A stretch of 64,000 nt of DNA from Candidatus Heimdallarchaeum aukensis (GTDB lineage Archaea; Asgardarchaeota; Heimdallarchaeia; Heimdallarchaeales; Heimdallarchaeaceae): positions 928,001 through 992,000 of the forward strand of contig CP084166.1 of assembly GCA_021513695.1 (NCBI GenBank), given 5' to 3'. Below the pieces are notes generated by a model that had not been told where the DNA came from, did no database searches, and saw nothing but the letters and a program-made list of their open reading frames with translations. A program made the translations under genes and the position numbers. Positions 20,023 to 28,971 of this stretch are shown piece after piece. Numbering within the stretch: the first letter of the stretch is position 1; every line of letters begins with the position of its first letter.

Positions 20023-20745
20023 TTGTTGATGAGGATTCTTATTTCTTTTAAGCCTAAATTTGATGTTTCAGAGGATGCCATAGTAAAACATGATATTCAA
20101 GGATTTATTTATAATCTAATCAAGTACAAAGATACTAAAGTTCTTTTAGATCATGATAAACATCATTTCAAATTTTTTTGTTTTAGCGATATTTTTCCTC
20201 AAGGTGATTTTAAAAAAGGAGAGACAAAAAATCTGTTAATTAGTTCTCCTACAAAAGAGCTAATAAATTTAATTGATGATAATCTTCCTCTTGAGAAATC
20301 CTATAGATTAGCTGGATTAACCATCGAAGTTATATCCAAAAAAACTTTTAACTTTCCCACAAAAAACAACTTTATTTCTGGAAGTCCTATAGTTTTATAC
20401 AAAGATAATACAAAGAATGAATATTTTAGCTTTAAGAAACACAAAAGTCTTAATTTCTTTCTCAATAGATTACAAGAAAATGCTGTGAAAAAGTATCAAA
20501 TTTACTATAACGATCCTGAATTTCAATTGTCTGGAAAGATTTTTGATACAATTGAATTTAGAAAGGAGGTTGCAGTTCACAACAGGAAACAAGGAAATGA
20601 ATTTATTCACATTGGCACTCTTTGGAAAAAATTAGAAAAAGAATACATAAAGAAAGAAGAAAGAAGGTTTTATCATTTTATCATGGAAAGTGGTCTTGGC
20701 GAAAAAAATAGTATGGGTTTTGGTTTTTTAAATCCTATTCAATAA
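20023..20745 (+). CDS. cas6: Cas6 crRNA endoribonuclease
   Basis: 240 aa. C-terminal glycine-rich loop GLGEKNSMGFGFLN typical of Cas6. First gene of a canonical I-B order. Probable start ATG at 20029. Confidence 0.85.
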   Translation: MLMRILISFKPKFDVSEDAIVKHDIQGFIYNLIKYKDTKVLLDHDKHHFKFFCFSDIFPQGDFKKGETKNLLISSPTKELINLIDDNLPLEKSYRLAGLTIEVISKKTFNFPTKNNFISGSPIVLYKDNTKNEYFSFKKHKSLNFFLNRLQENAVKKYQIYYNDPEFQLSGKIFDTIEFRKEVAVHNRKQGNEFIHIGTLWKKLEKEYIKKEERRFYHFIMESGLGEKNSMGFGFLNPIQ

Positions 20746-20850
20746 ATTGTATTTTTTTGTTTAAATTTTACAATTAATTTTTGAAAAAACAACCTTTAAA
20801 ATATTTTTTTCTTTCTGTTTTACCAATAAAACTTAATTATTGGTGTTCCA

Positions 20851-22863
20851 TTGATACAAGCAGTTAAACAATTAGGAAAAAAAATACGAGAGATTTATCC
20901 TGAAAAATATGCAGATTTTGTCGATGTCTTTATTGCAGATGTAAAAACAGATTTATTTTTGATAGAATTAGAGAAAAAAGAAAACGATTTTCAATATAAT
21001 AAAATTGTTTGGATGGAACCAAAACCTGAGATAATTCCTAAATTACTTTATAAAGACTTTGGGAGAAATATCAAAATTAGACCTGCGCCTGTAGCTAAAG
21101 TAGGTTATTTCCAGACCAAATCAAAAGATGGTAAAATTTCAGAAAAAGAGCTCGAGAATCACAAGAAGAAAATAAAAAGCGAACTAGACGCTTCCATAAT
21201 TAAATGGTTTTCTCAAGAAATTGATAGAAGAAAAGAAGGTAGTGAAAAAAGAATTTTCTTGGAAAATATAAAAAAAGGAATACTCAATTCATTAGATAAT
21301 ATAATTACAGATATTAAAGAACAGATGGATTTTTCAGGTCAAAATAAGAAAAAAAATGAAAAGTGTATAATAACACTACAATTTTTGGAAGGTGGTAAAG
21401 AATATTACCTTCGTGACTTTGATATTTTTTCTAAAGCTTTTTTAGATAAAAACTTGGAACGTTACGCAAATAAATGGGGAATAACTTCTAAAGGAGAAGA
21501 TGCTGTTTGTTCATTATGTCATGAGAAAAAAGAAGAAGTCTTTGGTTGTGCCTCAGACATTTTTAGCTGGTACACTCTTGATAAAAGAGGATTTGCACCA
21601 TTCTTTGATCAGACTTTAGGATGGAAACTATTTCCTGTCTGTAAAGAATGTATTATTGATCTAGAGATAGGCAAAAAATTTGTTTTAAACAATCTACGTC
21701 TTAAGTTTAATGATTTTACTAACTTTTTCTTAATTCCAAAGCTTCTAAATCCTAAAATTATCGATAAGGGTATTTTGAGAAGATTTGAGCTTTTCAAGAG
21801 TATTTCAGTTGAAAATAATGAACTATTGGAAAAATATAGGAAAAAAGAAGAGATACTTAAGAGAGCTACAAAAAGCACAATTGAAATGATCGGAGAACAA
21901 GAAAAAGATAACAATTTTACGCAGAATATGATTTTCCTGAATTTAATTTTCTTTGATGATGATGGAAAATCTATAAAGATTCTACGTAGTATTGAAGATG
22001 TTCTTCCTTCCAGGTTTGTTCAGATAACTGATGAGCTATATAAAATAAATAAGGATGAAACTTTGGACAGCTATAAAATTTATTTGCAATTAGTTTTAAA
22101 CATCTTATATCTGGAAAAAGAAAGTAAACGCGGTTCTACAATTGATAAAAAGTATTTATCTACAATCGATTCTCTTCTTAAAGATGTACCTTTAGATTAT
22201 GATGTTCTTATAAAGGATATCGCTTCAAGTTGTCAAGAGATAGTAAAGGAAAGTTATCTTTCTGATAACAATCTAAAAAAAATAGCTAAAAAAATTACAA
22301 ATATTGACAAAGGTAATAATGACGTAGAATTTGGCAACTCTTATGAGTTAATAATTAATGCTTATTTAAAATATTTAGTTTTATTAAAAAGATTAAATCT
22401 AATCCAAAAATGGAGGGTATCAAAAATGATTGATAAAACAGGACTTGAAGAAGAAATATCAGATAATAAGAGTCGACTAAGCATCTTAAATTCAATATTT
22501 AATGCTTATTCTGACTTTTTTGATCAACCCATTATTCGTGCTGTCTTTGTATTAGGCATTTTGACTAAGCTATTGATGAATATTCAGTATCGCAATCTCA
22601 ATGCTACGCCTTTTTTCAACAGGTTAAATGGGTTAAAATTGAATAAAAGAATAATAATCAAACTTGTTTCCGAAGTAAAAGGAAAACTAAGTGAATACTC
22701 TATAGCTTATGTTGATTTAGAAGAAGAGATGGCTAAATACTTCTTAGAAGCTGGTCACAATTGGCTGGTTTCTGATGACGAACTTAGTTTCTTCTTCGCT
22801 TTGGGAATGAATAACGCGAGTAAATTTAAATCAGAAACAAAAGAAGGTGAAGAAAATGAGTGA
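20851..22863 (+). CDS. cas8b: Cas8b-type large subunit of type I-B Cascade
   Basis: 670 aa, located between cas6 and cas7. Cys pairs CSLCHEKK...CKEC. The call rests mostly on size and synteny. Confidence 0.75.
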   Translation: MIQAVKQLGKKIREIYPEKYADFVDVFIADVKTDLFLIELEKKENDFQYNKIVWMEPKPEIIPKLLYKDFGRNIKIRPAPVAKVGYFQTKSKDGKISEKELENHKKKIKSELDASIIKWFSQEIDRRKEGSEKRIFLENIKKGILNSLDNIITDIKEQMDFSGQNKKKNEKCIITLQFLEGGKEYYLRDFDIFSKAFLDKNLERYANKWGITSKGEDAVCSLCHEKKEEVFGCASDIFSWYTLDKRGFAPFFDQTLGWKLFPVCKECIIDLEIGKKFVLNNLRLKFNDFTNFFLIPKLLNPKIIDKGILRRFELFKSISVENNELLEKYRKKEEILKRATKSTIEMIGEQEKDNNFTQNMIFLNLIFFDDDGKSIKILRSIEDVLPSRFVQITDELYKINKDETLDSYKIYLQLVLNILYLEKESKRGSTIDKKYLSTIDSLLKDVPLDYDVLIKDIASSCQEIVKESYLSDNNLKKIAKKITNIDKGNNDVEFGNSYELIINAYLKYLVLLKRLNLIQKWRVSKMIDKTGLEEEISDNKSRLSILNSIFNAYSDFFDQPIIRAVFVLGILTKLLMNIQYRNLNATPFFNRLNGLKLNKRIIIKLVSEVKGKLSEYSIAYVDLEEEMAKYFLEAGHNWLVSDDELSFFFALGMNNASKFKSETKEGEENE

Positions 22864-23785
22864 AATAATAAAAAATAGGTCTGAAATAGTTTTTTTGTAT
22901 GATGTTAGAGACGGTAATCCAAATGGTGACCCTGCTGATGGGAACAAGCCTAGGATTGATGAAACCAGTGGTATCAACATAGTAACTGATGTTCGACTAA
23001 AGAGAACAATAAGAGACTATATAAACAAGGTTAAAGGCCATGAAATTTTTGTTAAAAAGATAGAAGACTTAGAAGGGATAATCCAAACTTCTAAACAACG
23101 AGCACAAGATTTTCAGAATGATCCAGATAAGATTCTTTCTGAATGCGTGGATGTCAGGATGTTTGGGGGAACTATACCAATAAAAATTTCTGATAAGAAA
23201 GATGGTAGCATTACTTTTACTGGTCCCGTTCAATTCTCTATGGGGAGATCTCTTCACAGAGTCGAGTTAAAACATGTTAAAGGAACAGGAGCTTTTGCTT
23301 CTTCAGAAGGAAAGAAACAACAGACTTTTCGAGAAGAGTGGATACTACCTTATTCACTAATAAGCTTTTATGGTGTAATAAATGAGAATGGTGCAGAAGA
23401 TACACAGTTAACCGAAGAGGATGTTAAGCTTCTTGTAGAAAGTATCTGGAATGGGACTAATGATTTGTTAACAAGAAGTAAGATGGTTCATAGATCTAGA
23501 GTTCTTTTACAAATTATTTACCAAGAGAAAAACTTCCATGTCGGAGAGCTTGACAAAAAGATTAAGATGAAGGCTAAAGTTGAAGATGAAAAAATTAGAG
23601 GTACGGATGACTACACTCTTGAATTTGATAATTTTGTAGAAGCGATCAAAAATAACAAAGAAAAAGTAAAAATTATTCGTTACAAAGTAGATGACAGTAT
23701 TAATCTTGAATTTAATGGTGACAAAAAGACTATAGAAGAGATTCTAAAACTTACAGAATGTGAATTGGAAGAGCTGAAATTTTAA
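22847..23785 (+). CDS. cas7: Cas7 (Csh2/Csd2-family backbone subunit)
   Basis: N-terminal signature IVFLYDVRDGNPNGDPADGNKPRID. The track start GTG lies inside the SD GGTGA; the probable start is ATG at 22856. Confidence 0.9.
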   Translation: MKKMSEIIKNRSEIVFLYDVRDGNPNGDPADGNKPRIDETSGINIVTDVRLKRTIRDYINKVKGHEIFVKKIEDLEGIIQTSKQRAQDFQNDPDKILSECVDVRMFGGTIPIKISDKKDGSITFTGPVQFSMGRSLHRVELKHVKGTGAFASSEGKKQQTFREEWILPYSLISFYGVINENGAEDTQLTEEDVKLLVESIWNGTNDLLTRSKMVHRSRVLLQIIYQEKNFHVGELDKKIKMKAKVEDEKIRGTDDYTLEFDNFVEAIKNNKEKVKIIRYKVDDSINLEFNGDKKTIEEILKLTECELEELKF

Positions 23786-23791
23786 TAATAG

Positions 23792-24553
23792 GTGAGACTA
23801 ATGCTAAAACAGGAAGCTGAAGTAAGAGAAGTTTTAGTTTTCGATATTTGGGGTGATTTTGCTCATTTTAAGAAAAACTATGCTACAACTTCAGCTCTTA
23901 CATACAATTTTCCTCCTCGAAATACTATTGCAGGAATAATTGGAGCAATTTTAGGTTTAAAGAGGGCAGATTTTCCTGAAAAATTGTCTCCTGAAAAGAG
24001 TTACATTGGTGTTTCAATACTCTCTCCAATAATGAAAAAAACTATTACAATGAATCTTATTCACACTAAACCTTCTGAATCACTTATATTCAAAAATAAT
24101 TTTGGTTATTTCAAAAAGCACACACAGATTCCTTTTCAATTTTTATCTAATATCTCATTTAGGGTGTATTTTTCAACTGACGATGAGGAAATGTTTTCAC
24201 AACTATATACATATCTTAAAAACCATAAGTCTCATTATACAGTTTCGTTAGGTTTGAGCAATCTACTTTGTAACTTTAAGTTAATAGGAAAAAAAACAAT
24301 AAGAAAAAAAGAAGTAGCTAACAAAGAAGTAGAGGTTTTAACAGTAATTCCGATGAACAAAGTCAAAGAAGTAAATGTGTTTAAAAATCCTAAAATGAAT
24401 ATCGAGAATTTACCCAGATTTATCGATAGTTCAAGAACAGTTCATGAATACCAGGAAGTTCTATCAAGCATGGATCCAGAAAAACCTCTTTTTGTAGTCC
24501 CTAGAGATACCTTATGGGAGATTGAAAATGACAAATTCATCAGTTTCCTCTGA
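23792..24553 (+). CDS. cas5: Cas5 (type I-B)
   Basis: N-terminal Cas5 signature VFDIWGDFAHFKKNYATTSALTYNFPPRNTIAGIIGAILG. Confidence 0.85.
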   Translation: MRLMLKQEAEVREVLVFDIWGDFAHFKKNYATTSALTYNFPPRNTIAGIIGAILGLKRADFPEKLSPEKSYIGVSILSPIMKKTITMNLIHTKPSESLIFKNNFGYFKKHTQIPFQFLSNISFRVYFSTDDEEMFSQLYTYLKNHKSHYTVSLGLSNLLCNFKLIGKKTIRKKEVANKEVEVLTVIPMNKVKEVNVFKNPKMNIENLPRFIDSSRTVHEYQEVLSSMDPEKPLFVVPRDTLWEIENDKFISFL

Positions 24554-26990
24554 AAATCAGATAAACATTTTTTCTCACCCTAATAAAAATATTTTAGAAC
24601 ATTTAAGTGAGACAGAAAGAGAAATTCTAAATATCCTTGAAAAACTACAGCCCAATTTTTCAATCAAAAAAAACATTATTATCGAAATCGCTAGAATTTT
24701 AGCTTTAACACATGATATTGGAAAATGCACAATCTTTTTTCAAGAATATCTTCATTCAAACGAAGAAAATAACTTCAAAAAATTGGGAGAATATCAAAGT
24801 TCAAAACTTCACCACCATGGACTAATCTCTGCAGTTTTTACCTATTATACACTAAAGAAACTTTTAAATTCAAATAATGAGCAGTTCTATGACCTGAATA
24901 GTGGATATAAAGACCTATTACCTCATATAGGCTTTTTAACAACAAAAAAACATCATGGTAATTTAGGAAATTTTTATGATGAGATTATTATAAACAGAAC
25001 AAGTGAAGAAAAGATTAGACAGCAACTAGAAAATTTCCATCCCCAATTCGAAAATGTTGTCGAATTCATAAGAAATAAAATTAATATAACAATTTCATTT
25101 AATGAATTTTCAGAATCCTTTGGAGATTTAATTGATGAATTAGCTTTCAGTGATGAACTATTATTGAACTATTATGAAAATAGTAGAGATTGTGAACTTT
25201 ATCTATTTACTTTATTTTTACATTCAATCTTAACAGATGCAGATAAAACTTCTGCTATTGGTGTCTCTAAGCCTATTCTTCCATTTATTTCTTCTAACAA
25301 AATTATCAAAAACAGGAAAAAAATAATCCAGAAAAAAGGAAAAAAGACATATTTAGATAACTTAAGAGAGAATATTTACAAAGAAGTAATTGCAAAGATA
25401 GAAAAAACACCTTTAGATAACAAAATATTTACATTAACAGCTCCTACAGGTTCAGGAAAAACTCTCACAGTTTTTGAAGCAGCATTTAGATTGAAAGATA
25501 AAATTTTAAGGAGAACTAATATAGAAATGAAAATTATTTATTGCCTTCCATTTCTCAGCATCATTGATCAAAATGCTCACATTATTAACCAACTGCTAGA
25601 TCCTGACTCAGTTAAGTTTCTTCCTTCAACTCAACTACTAATTCATCATTACTTGGCAGAAGTTCAATACAGCTCTTATGAAGAAGATTATACCTTTGAT
25701 GAAAGTAGATTCCTAATTGAGGATTGGCATTCTTCAGTTATTATTACAACCTTTATTCAGCTTTTTCATAGTATTTTTACCAATAGAAATAGCAAGATAA
25801 GGAAACATCACAATATACAAAATTCTATCATAATACTTGATGAAGTTCAAAACATTCCTCATAAGTATTGGTTATTGATCAGGGAAGTTTTTCAAAGATT
25901 ATCAGAGATCGAGAATGTTTATATCATTTTTACAACAGCCACACAGCCTAAAATTTTTAGTTCAGAAGAGAAAGTTGTTGAATTACTTGAAAATAAGGAA
26001 AAATACTTTGAACAGTTAAGTAGAATTACTTTAGAACCAAAAATTGATAACAATATCACACTCAACGAGTTTATTTTAGAAATTAATGAGAAACTGCAAA
26101 AGAACAGTGACAAGGATATTCTAATTGTTGCGAATACAATCCGAGAAGCTCAAGAGATTTTTGACAGTATTAATTTTAAAAAAGATCATGATAAGTTATT
26201 TTTCCTTTCAAGTCAAATAATCCCTAGAAAGAGGAAAGAAAGAATTGAAGAAATAAAGAGAAAATTAGAAAAAGAAAAAGATAAAAGAGAGAGTAATGAA
26301 AAACGAATTATTTTAGTAACTACCCAATTAATTGAAGCAGGAGTAGATATCGATTTTGATATTGTAATAAGAGATTTAGGACCAATAGATTCTATAAATC
26401 AAGTAGCAGGAAGATGTAACAGAAACGGAGAAGAAGAAAAGGGAAAAACAATTGTTTATTCAGTCATTGACCAAAAAACAAAAAGATTATTTGCTTCATA
26501 CATTTATGACGGATTTATTTTAAGTAAAACGAAGGATGTTCTAAAAAACAAAAGAGTGATAGAAGAACAAGAATTCCTCAAAATCATTGACGATTATTAT
26601 TTAAGCATCGAAAAGACAGGGGACACAATAACCTCCACTAATATACTAGACTCTATCTTTAATTTAGAGTTTGATGAAATAGGTAAATTTAGCCTGATAG
26701 AAGAAAGAGCTGATCAAGTTCCTGTTTTTATTGAGATAGATAAAAAGGCAAAGGAAATTTGGGCAGAATATTTGGAAATATGGAATATTAAAGATTGGAA
26801 GAAAAGAAATGAGAAATTTATAAAAATCAAAAATGATCTCTATAGTAACTTAATTAACGTAGACAAGAAAAAAATCAAAACAATTGAGCAAATAAAGGGT
26901 TATTATTATATCGATTTTCAAAATGCTAGGAACTACTACGACAATGAAAAAGGTTTCATTGGGAAAGAAAAAGATGTTATTTTATTATAA
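24522..26990 (+). CDS. cas3: Cas3 HD nuclease / DExH helicase fusion
   Basis: HD region LALTHDIGK...HHHG. Helicase Walker A APTGSGKT, Walker B IILDEVQ, and motifs TATQP and QVAGRCNR. Confidence 0.95.
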   Translation: MKMTNSSVSSENQINIFSHPNKNILEHLSETEREILNILEKLQPNFSIKKNIIIEIARILALTHDIGKCTIFFQEYLHSNEENNFKKLGEYQSSKLHHHGLISAVFTYYTLKKLLNSNNEQFYDLNSGYKDLLPHIGFLTTKKHHGNLGNFYDEIIINRTSEEKIRQQLENFHPQFENVVEFIRNKINITISFNEFSESFGDLIDELAFSDELLLNYYENSRDCELYLFTLFLHSILTDADKTSAIGVSKPILPFISSNKIIKNRKKIIQKKGKKTYLDNLRENIYKEVIAKIEKTPLDNKIFTLTAPTGSGKTLTVFEAAFRLKDKILRRTNIEMKIIYCLPFLSIIDQNAHIINQLLDPDSVKFLPSTQLLIHHYLAEVQYSSYEEDYTFDESRFLIEDWHSSVIITTFIQLFHSIFTNRNSKIRKHHNIQNSIIILDEVQNIPHKYWLLIREVFQRLSEIENVYIIFTTATQPKIFSSEEKVVELLENKEKYFEQLSRITLEPKIDNNITLNEFILEINEKLQKNSDKDILIVANTIREAQEIFDSINFKKDHDKLFFLSSQIIPRKRKERIEEIKRKLEKEKDKRESNEKRIILVTTQLIEAGVDIDFDIVIRDLGPIDSINQVAGRCNRNGEEEKGKTIVYSVIDQKTKRLFASYIYDGFILSKTKDVLKNKRVIEEQEFLKIIDDYYLSIEKTGDTITSTNILDSIFNLEFDEIGKFSLIEERADQVPVFIEIDKKAKEIWAEYLEIWNIKDWKKRNEKFIKIKNDLYSNLINVDKKKIKTIEQIKGYYYIDFQNARNYYDNEKGFIGKEKDVILL

Positions 26991-27002
26991 CGAAATGATG
27001 GA

Positions 27003-27031
27003 GTTCAAGCTAAACTAAGTAGTATGAAAAT
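27003..27031 (+). repeat. Solitary degenerate CRISPR repeat (26/29 identical to the array repeat) between cas3 and cas4
   Basis: GTTCAAGCTAAACTAAGTAGTATGAAAAT vs GTTTAAGCTGAACTAAGTAGTGTGAAAAT, in the same orientation as the cas genes. No second repeat follows. Confidence 0.8.
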
Positions 27032-27073
27032 TAGAGGTAGAAGTAATGGTATTAAATTCTTGGTGAAATTGTA

Positions 27074-27604
27074 ATGGTGGAGTTAAATCATATTAGCATT
27101 AAGAATACTGATTTTGCAGTAACTGGAGTAATGGTTCAATATTTATTTTCATGTAAAAGAGAATTGTGGTTTTTTACCAAAAAAATTGATTTCAACAAAG
27201 AGGATCAGAACATTCAAATTGGCAAAATAATACATGAAACAAGCTATAAACGAAATAAAAAAGAGTTTGACTTAGGTTTTGTAAAATTTGACTTAATTGA
27301 AACAAAAAACAGGATAATAATTTCTGAAATAAAAAAATCTTCAAAACTTTTGGAACCTGCAAAAATGCAACTTTTGTATTATGTTTACATTTTAAGTAAA
27401 ATAACTGAAAAAGAAGTAGAAGGAGAAATTAGAATTCCAAAAGAGAGAAAAAAAGTAAAGATTCAATTGCAAAACGAAGAAGAAAAATTAATTCAAAAAG
27501 CTTTGAGAGAGATTAAAGAAATTTCCTTACTGGAAAGACCTCCCAAAGCAGAAAAAAAATTTTATTGTAAGAATTGCGCTTATTACATTTTTTGCTGGGT
27601 TTGA
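27074..27604 (+). CDS. cas4: Cas4 (RecB-like nuclease with Fe-S Cys cluster)
   Basis: 176 aa. One N-terminal Cys (FSCKRELWF) plus a C-terminal CKNCAYYIFC. Sits before cas1. SD GGTGA at 27062-27066. Confidence 0.85.
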   Translation: MVELNHISIKNTDFAVTGVMVQYLFSCKRELWFFTKKIDFNKEDQNIQIGKIIHETSYKRNKKEFDLGFVKFDLIETKNRIIISEIKKSSKLLEPAKMQLLYYVYILSKITEKEVEGEIRIPKERKKVKIQLQNEEEKLIQKALREIKEISLLERPPKAEKKFYCKNCAYYIFCWV

Positions 27605-28591
27605 GTGAAAAAAATGAAAGATTCTATTTACATTACAAAGGAAGGAGTAATTTACAGAAAAGATAATACTATTGTTTTTCAAAATCAAGAACAAAAGCAT
27701 ACTTTACCTATCGAAGCAGTGAAAGATATATATTGTATTGGCAAAGTAACTATAAGATCTGGAGCAGCTTATCAACTAATGGAAAAAAGGATTCCTGTAC
27801 ATTTTTTCGGAAAATATGGACACTATAGAGGAACATTACAACCAAAACAAGATCTAATCTCTGGAGAAGTAATAGTAAAACAAGTTCAACATTATACTGA
27901 TTACATAAAAAGAATAAAAATTGCAAAAGAGATGTTTAAAGGAATAAAACACAACATTCTCTGGGTTCTAAAATATTACAAATCAAAAAGAGATATAGAA
28001 GATGTAGTTGAAAAAATTGAACATGTTAATATTCAAGAAGAAATATTAAAAATAAATACATTAAGAAGTTTAGAAGGTCAAATATGGGAACTTTTCTATC
28101 AAGCTGCTGATACAATTTGTCCTTCATGGGGTTTTAGAAAAAGGACTAGAAGGCCTCCTTTAGATGAAGGAAATGCACTAATATCTTATGGAAACTCAGT
28201 TCTATATGGAAAAACAATTTCTGAAATATTCAAAACTTATCTTCATCCTGCAATTTCGTTTATACACGAACCAAGTGAAAGAAGGTACTCTTTAGCCTTA
28301 GATCTAGCTGATATTTTCAAACCAGTAATAGTTTTTAGAACAGTCTTCAGGCTTATAAATCAGAAAATAATTTCAAAGAAAGATTTTGAAAAAGAAGTAG
28401 GAGTCCAAATTTCAGAAAAAGGAAAAAAAGTATTTATCACAGAATTAGAAAAAACATTCACAACTACAGTAAGACATCCAAATCTGAAAAGAAATACCTC
28501 ATACCAGTTTTTGATAAGACTTGAAGGACTAAAAATAATGAAACATGTTCTAGGAGATAAAAAATATGAAAGCTTTAAAGCATGGTGGTAG
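27605..28591 (+). CDS. cas1: Cas1 integrase
   Basis: 328 aa in the canonical position, with the conserved C-terminal acidic block SLALDLADIFKP. Probable start ATG at 27614. Confidence 0.9.
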   Translation: MKKMKDSIYITKEGVIYRKDNTIVFQNQEQKHTLPIEAVKDIYCIGKVTIRSGAAYQLMEKRIPVHFFGKYGHYRGTLQPKQDLISGEVIVKQVQHYTDYIKRIKIAKEMFKGIKHNILWVLKYYKSKRDIEDVVEKIEHVNIQEEILKINTLRSLEGQIWELFYQAADTICPSWGFRKRTRRPPLDEGNALISYGNSVLYGKTISEIFKTYLHPAISFIHEPSERRYSLALDLADIFKPVIVFRTVFRLINQKIISKKDFEKEVGVQISEKGKKVFITELEKTFTTTVRHPNLKRNTSYQFLIRLEGLKIMKHVLGDKKYESFKAWW

Positions 28592-28857
28592 AGATATACG
28601 TGATAATCGTTTATGACGTGGGAGAAGAAAGAGTAAATAGAATACATAAATTCTTGAAAGCATATTTAACATGGACACAAAATTCAGTATTTGAAGGAAA
28701 AATAACAAAAGCAACATTAGCTCAAATAAAAACAGGAATAAAAAGCATAATAAAAAAAGAAGTCGATTCAATAAAAATATTCAAAATAAAAGGAGAACAA
28801 TGGATGAATATTGAAATAATGGGAGTAGAAAAAAATAAGTTTCAGAATATAATTTAG
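28582..28857 (+). CDS. cas2: Cas2
   Basis: 91 aa. N-terminal beta-strand YVIIVYDV typical of Cas2. Overlaps the cas1 end and is followed directly by the leader. Confidence 0.85.
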   Translation: MVVEIYVIIVYDVGEERVNRIHKFLKAYLTWTQNSVFEGKITKATLAQIKTGIKSIIKKEVDSIKIFKIKGEQWMNIEIMGVEKNKFQNII

Positions 28858-28971
28858 GTAAATCGTAAGAATCAGGTCGACATTTATAAAGATGATACAT
28901 TATTGGAGGTCGACCAGGAAGGTGAGTGACAAAAGGAAAGAAAAATATAACTAGAAAAGAAAATAAACTTC
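28858..28971 (+). promoter_or_regulatory. Leader of CRISPR array 2 (TATA-like ATTTATAAAG at 28882-28891; GGTCGAC at 28875 and GGTCGACC at 28908)
   Basis: Homologous to the reverse complement of 16421-16520. Ends ...AAAATAAACTTC directly before the first repeat. Confidence 0.75.
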
